Assembly (NCBI GenBank): GCA_029862165.1
Contig: JAOTXU010000017.1
Location: forward strand, 2,914-66,913
Length of the DNA stretch: 64,000 nucleotides
Origin: Gammaproteobacteria bacterium
GTDB lineage: Bacteria; Pseudomonadota; Gammaproteobacteria; Steroidobacterales; JABDKV01
Direction of reading: 5' to 3'
A program made the translations under genes and the position numbers. Under the pieces are notes generated by a model, which saw only the letters and a list, made by a program, of their open reading frames with translations, was not told the origin of the DNA and ran no database searches. Shown here in pieces: positions 37,447 through 50,321 of the stretch; position 1 is the first letter of the stretch; each line of letters begins with the position of its first letter.

Positions 37447-38895
37447 ATGCATAGCAGGACGGTGGCAGAACTGTCTGCTGGCCTCGCGGCCGGCGACTTC
37501 TCGAGCGTGGAGCTGACCCGCCATTGTCTCGAGCGTATTGAGGCCAATACCAGGTTAAACGCCTTTATTACGGTGACTGCCGATACCGCGCTGGAGACGG
37601 CGGCGCATGCCGACAAGTTGCTCGGGCAGGGCAAAGCAGGACCTTTAACCGGTATTCCTATAGCGCACAAAGACATTTTCTGCACCCGGGACGTGCTTAC
37701 AAGCTGTGGATCCAGGATCCTTTCGAATTTCGTCTCGCCATATAACGCTACAGTCGTACAGCGTTTGTCCGACGCCGGCATGGTATTGGTCGGCAAGACG
37801 AATATGGACGAGTTCGCTATGGGCTCGTCAAACGAAACGTCGTGGTATGGCAATTGCCACAATCCGTGGGATGAGTCACGAGTGCCCGGCGGATCATCAG
37901 GTGGCTCGGCAAGTGCGGTCGCCGCCCGGCTCGTGCCGGTCGCAACCGGTACCGACACAGGTGGTTCTATCAGGCAACCGGCGGCGTTGACCGGGATAAC
38001 GGGACTCAAACCAACCTATGGGCGCGTGTCGCGTTACGGCATGGTTGCTTTTGCATCCAGCCTGGACCAGGGCGGAATTTTGGCTGTCAGCTCAGAGGAT
38101 GTCGCAATTGTGTTGGCTGCGATGGCCGGATTTGATCCGCGAGATTCCACCAGCGTCGACGAGCCGGTGCCCGATTATCACGCGGCACTCAATACGGAAC
38201 TTGCCGGTCTACGCATCGGTGTGCCACAGCAATTTTTTGAAGAAGGCCTGGAGCCTGCGGTCGAAGCAGCGGTGCGAGAGGCGCTGGAAGTCTATCGCGG
38301 CATGGGCGCACAGTTGGTGGAGGTTGAGTTACCCAATCTGGCGTTATCGGTACCCACCTATTACGTGGTTGCGCCCGCCGAGGCGTCATCCAATCTGTCA
38401 CGATTTGACGGCGTGCGGTTTGGTTATCGCAGTGAAAGCGCCAAGGATCTACATGAACTGTATCGCAAGAGTCGCGGTGAAGGCTTTGGTGCTGAAGTAA
38501 AACGCCGCATCATGACCGGCACCTATGCCTTATCGGCGGGTTATTACGATGCGTATTATTTGAAGGCGCAAAAAGTGCGTCGGCTGATCAACGATGATTT
38601 TCGCAATGTATTCGCAGAGGTTGATGTCGTAATGGGGCCGACGACGCCGACACCTGCATTCGGCATCGGTGACAAGACCGATGACCCCATTACAATGTAT
38701 CTCAACGATATCTACACGATCGCTGCGAATCTCGCCGGATTACCGGCCATCTCGATACCCTGCGGATTTGCCGATGAATTGCCGGTAGGCTTGCAGATCA
38801 TCGCCGGACATTTTGCAGAGGCACGATTGTTGGCTATCGCACACAGTTATCAGCGTGAAACCGACTGGCATCGCCGCGCGCCGGCTGGGTTTTGA
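37447..38895 (+). CDS. gatA: Asp/Glu-tRNA amidotransferase subunit A (amidase signature)
   Basis: The amidase signature [19 protein letters not shown] is present. 482 aa. Confidence 0.96.
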   Translation: MHSRTVAELSAGLAAGDFSSVELTRHCLERIEANTRLNAFITVTADTALETAAHADKLLGQGKAGPLTGIPIAHKDIFCTRDVLTSCGSRILSNFVSPYNATVVQRLSDAGMVLVGKTNMDEFAMGSSNETSWYGNCHNPWDESRVPGGSSGGSASAVAARLVPVATGTDTGGSIRQPAALTGITGLKPTYGRVSRYGMVAFASSLDQGGILAVSSEDVAIVLAAMAGFDPRDSTSVDEPVPDYHAALNTELAGLRIGVPQQFFEEGLEPAVEAAVREALEVYRGMGAQLVEVELPNLALSVPTYYVVAPAEASSNLSRFDGVRFGYRSESAKDLHELYRKSRGEGFGAEVKRRIMTGTYALSAGYYDAYYLKAQKVRRLINDDFRNVFAEVDVVMGPTTPTPAFGIGDKTDDPITMYLNDIYTIAANLAGLPAISIPCGFADELPVGLQIIAGHFAEARLLAIAHSYQRETDWHRRAPAGF

Positions 38896-38906
38896 CGGAG
38901 TCGGCC

Positions 38907-40340
38907 ATGGAATGGGAGGTCGTCATCGGTCTGGAAGTGCATGCGCAGCTGGGTACGCAGAGCAAGATTTTTTCGGCCGCATCGACCGAGTTTGGGGCGC
39001 CACCGAACACCCAGGCCTGCGCTGTCGATCTGGGCTACCCGGGTGTCTTACCTGTATTTAACGGAGAAGCGGCACGGATGGCCATAAAGTTCGGTCTGGC
39101 GGTAAACGCAACGATCGCACACCGTTCGGTTTTTGCCCGCAAGAATTATTTTTACCCGGATCTGCCCAAGGGCTACCAGATCAGCCAGTACGAATTACCG
39201 ATCGTGCAGGGTGGCAAGATGGACATTACGCTCGAAGATGGAACAGGCAAGACGATCGGTATCACACGGGCCCACCTTGAGGAGGACGCCGGCAAGTCCT
39301 TGCACGAGGATTTCCACGGGATGACGGGAGTGGATCTCAATCGCGCGGGCACACCGTTGCTGGAAATCGTATCCGAACCCGATATGCGTTCTGCTGCCGA
39401 AGCGGTCGCCTATCTCAAGAAAATACGCACACTGGTGCAATACCTGGAGATCTGCGACGGCAACATGCAGGAAGGATCATTGCGCTGTGATGCAAATGTG
39501 TCTGTCCGTCCTGCCGGTCAGCAAGAACTGGGGACCCGGTCCGAGCTGAAGAATCTCAATTCCTTTCGTTTTATTGAGAAAGCTATTTTGCACGAAGTCG
39601 AACGTCAGATTGATGTTATAGAAAGCGGCGGTACCGTCGTCCAGGAAACCCGGCTGTACGACTCGGATCGTGATGAAACACGATCGATGCGCTCCAAAGA
39701 AGAGGCAAATGATTATCGTTATTTTCCGGATCCGGACCTGCTGCCCCTGGTGCTGGACCAGGACATGATCGATGACGTCCGCGCTACACTGCCCGAGCTG
39801 CCGGCCGCAAGGCATCAGCGCTTTGTCGGTGATTTTGGTCTGTCTGGCTACGATGCCGAAGTCCTTACCAGCAGCCGGGAAATGGCGGACTATTTCGAAA
39901 ACGTCGTTGCCGGTGTGGGTGGCGAGGCAAAACTGGCGGCGAACTGGGTGATGGGCGATCTTTCGGGCGTCCTCAACCGGGAAAACCTGTCGATCAGTGA
40001 GAGCCGGATCGACGCCGAGATGCTGGCAGGCATGCTCAGGCGTGTTGCGGACAACACGATTTCGGGCAAGATTGCCAAGCAGGTATTCGAAGCGATGTGG
40101 TCAGGCGAGGGTGATGCTGACACGATTATTGAAACCCGCGGACTCAAGCAGATCACCGACGCCGGTGCGATTGCCGGCATCATCGACGAGATTATTGCCG
40201 CCAATCCCCGGCAGCTCGAGCAATATCGTTCAGGCAAGGAGCGGCTGTTTGGCTTCTTCGTGGGCCAGGTCATGAAAGCAACCGACGGTAAGGCAAATCC
40301 CCAACAGGTTAACGAACTGCTGAAGAAAAAACTGTCCTGA
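38907..40340 (+). CDS. gatB: Asp/Glu-tRNA amidotransferase subunit B
   Basis: [15 protein letters not shown] is the canonical GatB N-terminus, with GGAG 10 nt upstream of ATG 38907. The ORF track starts 15 nt earlier. Confidence 0.96.
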   Translation: MEWEVVIGLEVHAQLGTQSKIFSAASTEFGAPPNTQACAVDLGYPGVLPVFNGEAARMAIKFGLAVNATIAHRSVFARKNYFYPDLPKGYQISQYELPIVQGGKMDITLEDGTGKTIGITRAHLEEDAGKSLHEDFHGMTGVDLNRAGTPLLEIVSEPDMRSAAEAVAYLKKIRTLVQYLEICDGNMQEGSLRCDANVSVRPAGQQELGTRSELKNLNSFRFIEKAILHEVERQIDVIESGGTVVQETRLYDSDRDETRSMRSKEEANDYRYFPDPDLLPLVLDQDMIDDVRATLPELPAARHQRFVGDFGLSGYDAEVLTSSREMADYFENVVAGVGGEAKLAANWVMGDLSGVLNRENLSISESRIDAEMLAGMLRRVADNTISGKIAKQVFEAMWSGEGDADTIIETRGLKQITDAGAIAGIIDEIIAANPRQLEQYRSGKERLFGFFVGQVMKATDGKANPQQVNELLKKKLS

Positions 40341-40402
40341 CCAAACGAGGATCGACCACACGGCCGCTGCACTGATGCCGGAGTTGACCTACTATTAACG
40401 TT

Positions 40403-40600
40403 ATGGGCGCGGTTTATCTCAAACTGAGAAAACATCTTGGAGATGTCATTTTTATCGGCGCAGCCACCGCCGGCGCGGTTGCCTGCTGGGCCTACAGCTT
40501 GCCGGCGTGGATGCTGGTCGTGTGCCTGCTCGCGCTGTTTTTCGCTGTGATTTCGCTTTTGGGCGATCTGGGTCTGTTTGGTGGGGGTGGCCCCGACTGA
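40403..40600 (+). CDS. Possible small membrane protein (65 aa, two hydrophobic helices)
   Basis: The only support is an ORF with two TM-like segments in an otherwise empty gap. There is no clear SD and I recognised no family. Confidence 0.3.
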   Translation: MGAVYLKLRKHLGDVIFIGAATAGAVACWAYSLPAWMLVVCLLALFFAVISLLGDLGLFGGGGPD

Positions 40601-40764
40601 TCCCCAGGTCTCGATTTGCCCTCTCTGGTAAGCAAAAATCGCTGTCCCGGCCGGATTCCCCCCTGGAATTCGACGCAAGCGTTTCTCCCTTTCTCCCCAA
40701 TTGTGTAGGATAGTTCTCACACTAGTGCCAGATCTGGGGATTCTGGCCTTGAATAAGATATTGT

Positions 40765-40813
40765 GCATGTCAATTTGAGAATACTTAAAGACATGCGTAT
40801 ATTTGCAAGTATT
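40765..40813. promoter_or_regulatory. Interleaved inverted repeats upstream of sahR (candidate operator/promoter region)
   Basis: GCATGTC (40765-40771) pairs with GACATGC (40790-40796), and AATACTT (40780-40786) pairs with AAGTATT (40807-40813). The region ends 15 bp before the sahR ATG. Confidence 0.3.
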
Positions 40814-40827
40814 GGGAGAGCCTAGGC

Positions 40828-42673
<1,846 letters not shown>

Positions 42674-42695
42674 CGCAAGTGTCTGGGGTCGCAAG

Positions 42696-45600
42696 GTGAC
42701 GTTAGATGTTCGTCAGGTTCTAAGTACCCTGATGCAGAAACGCATCATCGTGCTCGACGGCGCGATGGGTACGACGATTCAGCGGTGCCAACTAACCGAG
42801 TCGGATTTTCGTGGCGAGCGTTTTGCGGACTGGCCGCAGGATCTCAAGGGAAACAACGATCTTTTGTCGTTGACCCGGCCCGATATAATTCTGGATATCC
42901 ATCGCGAATTCCTGTTGGCCGGCGCCGACATTATTGAGACCAATACGTTTACCGCCAACGCGCCTTCAATGGCCGATTACGGCATGGCGGATCTCTCCTA
43001 CGAAATAAACGAGTCAGCCGCAAGGATCGCCCGTCAGGCGGCCGACGAAATCACCCGGGAAACCGGGCAACAGCGTTTTGTTGCTGGTGCTATCGGACCT
43101 ACCACGCGTACGGCATCGATTTCTCCGGATGTGAATGACCCCGGGATGCGAAACACCAGTTTCGATGAGCTGGCGGAGACCTATGCGGATTCAGTCCGGG
43201 CGTTACTAAGCGGTGGAGTGGATCTATTGGTCGTCGAGACAATTTTCGACACGCTCAATGCCAAGGCCGCGCTGTTTGCCATCAAAGGTGTTTTGCAGGA
43301 AACCGGTCGCGATGTTCCGGTGATTGTCTCCGGTACGATTACCGACGCATCCGGCCGCACGCTTTCGGGGCAAACAACCGAAGCTTTCTGGGCATCGATA
43401 CGACATGCGCAACCATTCATGGTCAGCCTCAATTGCGCGCTAGGCGCTGAAGAATTGCGTCCCTATATTGAGGAGTTGTCACGTCTGGCCGATTGCTGGG
43501 TTGGAGTTTATCCCAATGCCGGCTTACCCAACTCCTTTGGTGAATATGATCAAACACCGGCGGAAATGGCTGCGATCGTACGGGAATTTGCCGACAGCGG
43601 GTTTGTAAACCTCGTCGGTGGTTGCTGTGGTACGACACCCGAGCACATCCAGTGTCTGGCGGAAGCGATTTCCAATTGTCGACCCCGTGAGGTTCCTACG
43701 CTGAGAGCCGTCACGCGCCTGGCCGGGCTGGAGCCACAGAATATCAGTCCGTCCAGTTTGTTTGTAAACGTCGGCGAACGCACAAACGTCACAGGTTCGG
43801 CGAGGTTCCGGAAGCTCATTACGGCTGGTGACTTTACGGCTGCGGTGGAGGTCGCCCGCCAGCAGGTCGAAAACGGTGCCCAAATTATCGACGTGAACAT
43901 GGACGAAGGCATGCTGGATTCCGAGGCCGCCATGACCACGTTCCTGAGCCTAATCGCGTCGGAACCCGACATAGCCCGCGTTCCGATCATGATTGACTCT
44001 TCGAAGTGGACGGTAATCGAGGCTGGTCTTAAGTGCGTGCAGGGTAAAGGAGTTGTTAATTCGATCAGTCTGAAAGAAGGGGAGCAGCCCTTCCTCGAGC
44101 AGGCGCGTCTGGTGCGCCGTTATGGCGCCGCGGTCATCGTGATGGCATTCGATGAGCAGGGACAAGCAGATTCTGTCGAGCGCAAACTGAATATCTGCAA
44201 GCGCGCCTACAACCTATTGGTTACCGAGGCTGCATTTCCGCCTGAAGACATCATTTTTGACCCCAACATATTTGCGGTTGCAACCGGCATTGAAGAACAC
44301 AACGACTATGCACGGGGTTTCATTGAAGCCGTCGCGGCCATCAAGAAGGAACTCCCACATGCGTTGGTCAGTGGCGGGGTAAGTAACGTCTCGTTTTCAT
44401 TCCGCGGAAACAACGCGGTGCGTGAGGCGATGCACTCTGTGTTTCTCTATCACGCGATTCGTGCCGGGATGGACATGGGTATTGTCAACGCCGGTCAGTT
44501 ATCAATTTACGAGGACATCCCCGATGAACTGCGCGAGGCTGTCGAGGACGTCATTCTCAATCGGCGTGCCGATGCGACGGAGAGATTGTTGGTCCTGGCG
44601 CAACGTTATCAGGGGAGCGGCGGTAAGCGTGCCGAAGTAGTTGATGGCGCGTGGCGCAGTTTGCCGGCTCACAAGCGACTCGAGCATGCACTGGTCAAGG
44701 GCGTAGACGAGTTCATTGTTGCCGATACTGAAGAAGCCCGGCTGGCAGCGGAAAGACCCATCGATGTCATCGAGGGTCCGCTGATGGATGGAATGAATGT
44801 AGTCGGCGATCTATTCGGTTCTGGCAAGATGTTTTTGCCGCAAGTCGTCAAATCCGCACGAGTCATGAAGAAGGCGGTTGCCCATCTTGTGCCGTTTATC
44901 GATCGCCATAAAGACGGAGGCAATAGTTCTAACGGCACGATCGTACTTGCGACCGTAAAAGGGGATGTACACGACATCGGCAAGAATATTGTCAGTGTCG
45001 TACTCCAATGTAATAACTTTACTGTGATCGATTTGGGTGTAATGGCGCCGTGTGAAAAAATTCTGGACGCGGCGCGCAAGAATGACGCCGATATTATTGG
45101 TTTATCGGGACTGATCACACCGTCGCTGGACGAAATGGTACACGTCGCGAGTGAAATGAAACGAATTGGCTTCACGAGTCCGCTTCTAATTGGCGGTGCG
45201 ACTACGTCTCCCGCTCACACGGCCGTAAAGATTGATCCGGCTTATGACGGCCCGGTAATCTATGTCAAAGACGCATCGCGTGCTGTTGGCGTCGCACAGT
45301 CTTTGATCAGTGATGACGATCGAGAGGCGTTTGTGTCCAAGGCTTCGGATGACTGCGAACGTCGCCGGAATCAGCATCGTTTGAAAACCCGCAAAACACC
45401 CAGTCTTTCGCTAATCGAGGCCCGGGAGAATCGCTTGCGTTGCGACTGGAACAACTATGAACCACCGGTGCCAAACTCGACGGGCATAGAAGTATTTGAT
45501 CACTATCCATTAGAAGAGTTGACCCCATATATTGACTGGAGTCCCTTCTTTTACGCCTGGGAGCTGCCGGGAGGCTTTCCACAATTGTTGGATGACTCGC

Positions 45601-46400
45601 GTGTCGGTGAAACGGCCCGGCGCCTGTTCGCGGATGCGCAAAAGATGCTTGAGCAGGTTGTAACCGAGAAGTGGTTACGCCCCAGGGCTGTGATCGGTCT
45701 TTTTCATGCGAACAGCGTTGGCCATGACGACATTCAGGTTTATACAGATAGCGACCACAACAGCGTGGCGGCTACTTTGCATCACTTGCGACAACAAAAG
45801 ACCAAGCCTGACGGACATACGCATGACTGTCTTGCGGACTTTGTCGCACCAATCGATAGCGGGCAGGCAGACTATGTCGGGGCCTTTGCAGTTTCGGCGG
45901 GGCAGGGTGTGGACGAACGGGTCGCCGAGTTCGAAGCTGATAACGATGATTACAGCGCCATTTTGCTAAAAGCACTCGCGGACAGGCTAGCAGAGTCATT
46001 CGCCGAACGTCTGCATCATCGCGTCCGTCTGGAGTACTGGGGATATGCACCCAACGAACAGTTGGATAACAATGAGCTCATTGCGGAAAAATACCGTGGG
46101 ATACGACCGGCACCCGGTTATCCTGCTTGTCCGGACCACACTGAGAAAAATACCCTGTGGCAATTATTGGATGTCGAACAGCGGGCCGGCATCAAGCTTA
46201 CCGAGTCGTATGCCATGTGGCCGACCGCTGCAGTCAGTGGCTGGTATTTCTCACACCCGGAGTCTAAATACTTTATGGTCGGCAAGATCGGCCGCGATCA
46301 GGTTGTTGACTACGCAGCGCGCAAAGGCATGAGTATTGAGCTCATGGAGCGCTGGTTGGGGCCAAATCTGGGGTACGACACGGGTAACGCTGCAGCGTGA
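42696..46400 (+). CDS. metH: Cobalamin-dependent methionine synthase
   Basis: 1234 aa with all four modules: Hcy-binding, pterin-binding, B12-binding (the DxHxxG motif reads [11 protein letters not shown]) and the AdoMet activation domain. Confidence 0.98.
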   Translation: MTLDVRQVLSTLMQKRIIVLDGAMGTTIQRCQLTESDFRGERFADWPQDLKGNNDLLSLTRPDIILDIHREFLLAGADIIETNTFTANAPSMADYGMADLSYEINESAARIARQAADEITRETGQQRFVAGAIGPTTRTASISPDVNDPGMRNTSFDELAETYADSVRALLSGGVDLLVVETIFDTLNAKAALFAIKGVLQETGRDVPVIVSGTITDASGRTLSGQTTEAFWASIRHAQPFMVSLNCALGAEELRPYIEELSRLADCWVGVYPNAGLPNSFGEYDQTPAEMAAIVREFADSGFVNLVGGCCGTTPEHIQCLAEAISNCRPREVPTLRAVTRLAGLEPQNISPSSLFVNVGERTNVTGSARFRKLITAGDFTAAVEVARQQVENGAQIIDVNMDEGMLDSEAAMTTFLSLIASEPDIARVPIMIDSSKWTVIEAGLKCVQGKGVVNSISLKEGEQPFLEQARLVRRYGAAVIVMAFDEQGQADSVERKLNICKRAYNLLVTEAAFPPEDIIFDPNIFAVATGIEEHNDYARGFIEAVAAIKKELPHALVSGGVSNVSFSFRGNNAVREAMHSVFLYHAIRAGMDMGIVNAGQLSIYEDIPDELREAVEDVILNRRADATERLLVLAQRYQGSGGKRAEVVDGAWRSLPAHKRLEHALVKGVDEFIVADTEEARLAAERPIDVIEGPLMDGMNVVGDLFGSGKMFLPQVVKSARVMKKAVAHLVPFIDRHKDGGNSSNGTIVLATVKGDVHDIGKNIVSVVLQCNNFTVIDLGVMAPCEKILDAARKNDADIIGLSGLITPSLDEMVHVASEMKRIGFTSPLLIGGATTSPAHTAVKIDPAYDGPVIYVKDASRAVGVAQSLISDDDREAFVSKASDDCERRRNQHRLKTRKTPSLSLIEARENRLRCDWNNYEPPVPNSTGIEVFDHYPLEELTPYIDWSPFFYAWELPGGFPQLLDDSRVGETARRLFADAQKMLEQVVTEKWLRPRAVIGLFHANSVGHDDIQVYTDSDHNSVAATLHHLRQQKTKPDGHTHDCLADFVAPIDSGQADYVGAFAVSAGQGVDERVAEFEADNDDYSAILLKALADRLAESFAERLHHRVRLEYWGYAPNEQLDNNELIAEKYRGIRPAPGYPACPDHTEKNTLWQLLDVEQRAGIKLTESYAMWPTAAVSGWYFSHPESKYFMVGKIGRDQVVDYAARKGMSIELMERWLGPNLGYDTGNAAA

Positions 46401-46467
46401 GCAACTACGTTAGCCCGGCGCGGCATGATTTCGATATGATTAACCGGTCGAAACGGTAACTGTCGCG

Positions 46468-46779
46468 ATGGAACTTGATTTTCACAAAGAGAAGCAGCGG
46501 ATTGCCGAAATGTCGGATGCTGAGCTGGTCGCTCAGACCCGCAATGCCTCCATCAGTTCGACTGATCGCATGCTGGTTGAGGCGGAAATATCGCGCCGCG
46601 GTCTGGACCGGCGGCGCATCGTAGCCCAGGGGCCACGGTCAGATACCCAAACCAAAAGCCGCTCCAACCCGATTGGTTTGCTGGTTTTTGTGGTGATAGC
46701 GCTGTCGATAGTCTCAGCGATATTGGACGACATGGGATTCGATGTCATCCAATGGTTACGCGATCTGTTTTCTGACTAA
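46468..46779 (+). CDS. Hypothetical small protein with a C-terminal TM helix (103 aa)
   Basis: It is an ORF in an intergenic gap with one hydrophobic segment (IGLLVFVVIALSIVSAIL). I recognised no family and see no clear SD. Confidence 0.35.
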   Translation: MELDFHKEKQRIAEMSDAELVAQTRNASISSTDRMLVEAEISRRGLDRRRIVAQGPRSDTQTKSRSNPIGLLVFVVIALSIVSAILDDMGFDVIQWLRDLFSD

Positions 46780-46819
46780 TCCGCCGGCTCAATCACCGTG
46801 TCGTACGGTATTTTCTACT

Positions 46820-47674
46820 CTATATGCGTCTGGCGGTAGTCACCCGGTCCAGCCTCGCGATATCAGCTTGGGTGACAATATTCGCATAGCCGGCGCCAGA
46901 TAATAATTCGCACACCGCAGCCGCCTGATCATGTCCATGCTCAAGTAACAACCAACCACCCGGGCGCAAACAGCGTGACGCCTGAGGAATGATTTGCCTG
47001 TAGGCGTCTAATCCATCTGTTCCACCGACCAGGGCGAGAGCAGGTTCGAACGCAACGCCGTCGCCTACGAGATGCTCATCGCCACATGCAATATAAGGTG
47101 GATTGCTAACAACGATATCGCTGCACTTGTTGCTAAGGCCGGTTAACCAGTCACACTGGACAAATTCAACGTTACTTTGCAATGCCAGCGCGTTGTTCTT
47201 TGCGACAGCCAAAGCCTCTGCACTGACATCTGTCGCGATCAACGACTTGTCACGAAGTTCGCTGGCCAGGGCCAGCGCGATGGCACCACAACCGGTGCCC
47301 AGATCGATAATTACTGACGCATCGGCCGCATGAGATAACGTGAGTTCTACCAGGTGCTCCGTTTCTGGTCGCGGCACAAGCGTGTGATTGTTGACCTGCA
47401 GGGTCAACGACCAGAAATCCCACTGGCCCCTAAGGTAGGCCAATGGTACGCCGCTAGCGCGGCGTTCGACGAGTTCGTCGAATAATTGGACCACATCGTC
47501 GTCGACTGACCTCTCCGGCCAGGTGTGTAACCAGCTACGTGTTTGTTGCGTGGCATATGTCAGCAACAATTCCGCATCCAGCCGGCTATTGTCCAGATGA
47601 GCAAGACGGGATTGCGCGCGCAACAACAATCCTGCGATCGAGGATAGGGTTGACTTTTCGGCACCTGATTTCAT
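46820..47674 (-). CDS. prmC: Release factor glutamine N5-methyltransferase (HemK/PrmC)
   Basis: PLAYLRGQWDFWSL.L.V....LVPRPETE, IDLGTGCGAIALA and the catalytic VSNPPY are present. I chose the start at ATG 47674; the longer track ORF overlaps the divergent CBS gene region. Confidence 0.8.
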   Translation of the reverse strand: MKSGAEKSTLSSIAGLLLRAQSRLAHLDNSRLDAELLLTYATQQTRSWLHTWPERSVDDDVVQLFDELVERRASGVPLAYLRGQWDFWSLTLQVNNHTLVPRPETEHLVELTLSHAADASVIIDLGTGCGAIALALASELRDKSLIATDVSAEALAVAKNNALALQSNVEFVQCDWLTGLSNKCSDIVVSNPPYIACGDEHLVGDGVAFEPALALVGGTDGLDAYRQIIPQASRCLRPGGWLLLEHGHDQAAAVCELLSGAGYANIVTQADIARLDRVTTARRI

Positions 47675-47772
47675 CTCGTGCCATGATAACGTCCCGCGCC
47701 GCGCCATGGGTGCGACGGCAGCGGATTTCCGGGCTAGAATTGGCTTCGCCCGGCGCCTTTGGAGTAGCCACG

Positions 47773-49167
47773 ATGACCGTCTATCGCAATGTGCTCGAAA
47801 TGATTGGCAACACACCGTTGCTCGAGTTGAGCCAAATGGACACCGGGCCCTGTCGATTGTTTGTCAAACTCGAACTTGCAAATCCAGGTGGATCAATCAA
47901 GGACCGTATCGGTGTTGCGATGATCGAAGCCGCAGAGAAACGCGGCGATATCAAATCAGGCGATACGTTGGTAGAGGCAACTGCCGGCAATACCGGTATC
48001 GGACTCGCCCTGGCGGCGGCACAAAAGGGTTATCGTCTCGTGTTGGTTATTCCGGACAAGATGAGCCAGGAAAAGATATTCAATCTGCGTGCGATGGGGG
48101 CGGAAATTATACTGACCCGATCGGATGTGGCGCGCGGGCATCCCGAGTATTACCAGGACCTGGCGAAGACCATCGCCGAACAAAATGCCGGCTATTACAT
48201 CAACCAGTTCGGCAACTCCGACAACCCGGATGCACACGAGGCAACAACTGCGCCCGAGGTATGGGAGCAGATGGGTCACGATCTCGATGCTGTCGTCGTC
48301 GGAGTCGGTACTTCCGGCACTGTGACCGGCCTGAGCCGGTATTTCAAAAAACACGCACCCGACGTCGAGATCGTTTTGGCCGACCCAAAGGGATCAGTGC
48401 TGGCCGATTACCTGGCGACCGGTAAGGTGGGGACCAGCAGTACGTGGCTGGTCGAGGGTATCGGTGAGGACTTTATCCCGGATATCGCCGACATGGACTC
48501 GATCTCAAGCGCCTTTACCATCAGCGACGATGAGTCATTCTCTACCGCGCGCGAGTTGCTGCGTTCCGAAGGACTGCTGGCCGGATCATCGACCGGTACA
48601 TTGCTTGCAGCAGCGCTGCGTTACTGCCGTGGACAGACGAAACCAAAACGCGTTCTGACTTTTGCATGCGATACAGGCAACAAGTATCTGTCAAAATTGT
48701 ACAACGACTTCTGGATGGAAGATCAGGGCTTTATCGAGCGCGAGCATTATGATGATCTTCGTGATTTGATCGGCCGCTTGCATGAGCAAGCCGCAACGGT
48801 CACGGTTGGGCCCGACGATACGTTGACCACGGCACACAACCGGTTGCGTAACGCCGGTTTCTCGCAACTACCAGTGATGGAATCAGGCGAACTGGTCGGC
48901 GTGTTAACTGAAGAGGATATTATGCGGGTTGCCTTCGGTAGTCCGGAACGGCTGCGTGACAACGTGCGTGGCGCCATGCAGACGGCTTTTCCCAGCGTTG
49001 AAAAAGATTTTGGCACCAAGAATCTGGTCGCACTGCTCAGCGGTGTGCCCTATACGGCGGTCATTGATGACGGGCAATTTCTTGGTTTGATTACGCGTTC
49101 TGATGTGCTCAACTATCTGCGCAAACAAATGCCGCCGGAACCGGGACCAGCGAGACAAAGCAAATGA
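47773..49167 (+). CDS. Cystathionine beta-synthase (CysK-fold PLP domain plus a tandem CBS pair)
   Basis: From ATG 47773 (GGAG at 47761) the product reads MTVYRNVLEMIGNTPLLEL..KLELANPGGSIKDRIG..EATAGNTGIGLA. The C-terminus carries two CBS motifs (..FSQLPVME.GELVGVLTEEDI.. and ..TAVIDDGQFLGLITRSDVL). Confidence 0.85.
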   Translation: MTVYRNVLEMIGNTPLLELSQMDTGPCRLFVKLELANPGGSIKDRIGVAMIEAAEKRGDIKSGDTLVEATAGNTGIGLALAAAQKGYRLVLVIPDKMSQEKIFNLRAMGAEIILTRSDVARGHPEYYQDLAKTIAEQNAGYYINQFGNSDNPDAHEATTAPEVWEQMGHDLDAVVVGVGTSGTVTGLSRYFKKHAPDVEIVLADPKGSVLADYLATGKVGTSSTWLVEGIGEDFIPDIADMDSISSAFTISDDESFSTARELLRSEGLLAGSSTGTLLAAALRYCRGQTKPKRVLTFACDTGNKYLSKLYNDFWMEDQGFIEREHYDDLRDLIGRLHEQAATVTVGPDDTLTTAHNRLRNAGFSQLPVMESGELVGVLTEEDIMRVAFGSPERLRDNVRGAMQTAFPSVEKDFGTKNLVALLSGVPYTAVIDDGQFLGLITRSDVLNYLRKQMPPEPGPARQSK

Positions 49168-50321
49168 GTAAAAACAAAAAGCAGGCGTTCGGTACACGAG
49201 TGATTCATGGCGGCCAGTCGCCGGATCCGCTGACCGGCGCCGTGATGCCGCCGATCTATGCGACTTCGACCTATGCACAAAAAAGTCCCGGTAAACACCA
49301 GGGATACGAATATTCACGCACGCAGAATCCTACTCGCATGGCCTACGAGCGTTGTGTAGCCAATCTCGAGAGTGGCTCGCACGGATTTGCGTTCGCGTCA
49401 GGGATGGCGGCGACCGCAACGGTCATGGAGCTTATTGATACCGGTAGCCATGTCGTAGCGATGGATGATCTTTATGGCGGTACTTTTCGGCTATTCGAGC
49501 GCGTCCGAAAGCGTTCCGCCGGTCTGGATTTCAGCTTCGTAGATATCAGCGAACAGGATTCGCTCGAACAAGCGATCCGACCGGAGACCCGGATGATCTG
49601 GATCGAAACACCGACCAACCCGATGTTGAAGTTGGTCGATCTGGAGATGGTTGCCACGGTTGCGCGGCAAAGAGGCATATTGACGGTTGCGGACAACACC
49701 TTCGCGACGCCCTACGTGCAACGCCCACTGGAACAGGGATTCGACATCGTTTTGCACTCGGCCACGAAATATCTCAACGGTCATTCGGACATGGTTGGTG
49801 GTGTGGTCGCGGTAGCAGACGATGGCTTGGCAGAGCAACTGGCTTTTCTGCAAAACTCGATCGGCGGCATTGCCGGACCATTTGACAGCTTTCTGGCGTT
49901 GCGTGGATTAAAGACTCTCGCTATACGGATGCAGCGTCATGGTGAGAACGGTCAGCAGATCGCTGAATACCTGCAAACCCATAAGAAGGTGGAACACGTC
50001 ATTTATCCTGGCCTGGATTCTCATCCACAACACGAGCTGGCGCAACAGCAGATGAACAGTTACACCGGCATGGTGTCGTTAGTTATCCAGGGCGGACTGC
50101 GCGAGGCAACTCAATTCCTGGAGAGACTTGAAACGTTCACGCTGGCGGAGAGTTTGGGCGGAGTCGAAAGTCTGGCAAATCACCCGGCGATCATGACACA
50201 CGCGTCGGTACCGGAGGATAAACGGACGCAGTTGGGCATCGACGATAATTTGGTCCGTCTGTCGGCTGGCATCGAGGAGTGTGCCGACCTGATTGCCGAC
50301 ATAGAAAACGCGCTCTCGTGA
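49164..50321 (+). CDS. Cystathionine gamma-lyase / Cys-Met metabolism PLP enzyme
   Basis: GTRVIHGG..P..GAV.PPIY.TSTY, the PLP-lysine region SATKYLNGHSD and GGVESL..HPA.MTHAS are present. Its ATGA overlaps the CBS stop. Confidence 0.88.
   Translation: MSKNKKQAFGTRVIHGGQSPDPLTGAVMPPIYATSTYAQKSPGKHQGYEYSRTQNPTRMAYERCVANLESGSHGFAFASGMAATATVMELIDTGSHVVAMDDLYGGTFRLFERVRKRSAGLDFSFVDISEQDSLEQAIRPETRMIWIETPTNPMLKLVDLEMVATVARQRGILTVADNTFATPYVQRPLEQGFDIVLHSATKYLNGHSDMVGGVVAVADDGLAEQLAFLQNSIGGIAGPFDSFLALRGLKTLAIRMQRHGENGQQIAEYLQTHKKVEHVIYPGLDSHPQHELAQQQMNSYTGMVSLVIQGGLREATQFLERLETFTLAESLGGVESLANHPAIMTHASVPEDKRTQLGIDDNLVRLSAGIEECADLIADIENALS

Noticed and set aside
39890-40768. 292-aa ORF antisense to gatB.
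   Set aside because: It lies almost entirely opposite a highly conserved gene. Its composition is low-complexity and Ser/Pro/Arg-rich, which is typical of antisense shadows in GC-rich DNA. It has no recognisable motifs.
40788-40797. AAGACATGCG resembles a MetJ box (AGACGTCT).
   Set aside because: It is a single imperfect copy, whereas MetJ needs tandem boxes. MetJ is restricted to enterobacteria and vibrios, and the SahR context argues against it.
42674-42695. I looked for a cobalamin or SAH riboswitch in front of metH and metF.
   Set aside because: Only 22 bp separate metF and metH, and 7 bp separate sahR and metF, so there is no room for an RNA element. Control is more plausibly through the SahR-type regulator.
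47675-47772. I checked whether the leader of the CBS gene holds a SAM/SAH-type riboswitch. It contains GATTT..GGCTT and a CCGGGC/GCCCGG stem.
   Set aside because: It lacks the A-rich 3' strand and pseudoknot partners of SAM-II/SAM-V and the conserved core of the SAH riboswitch. The stem more likely just brackets a -10-like TAGAAT.
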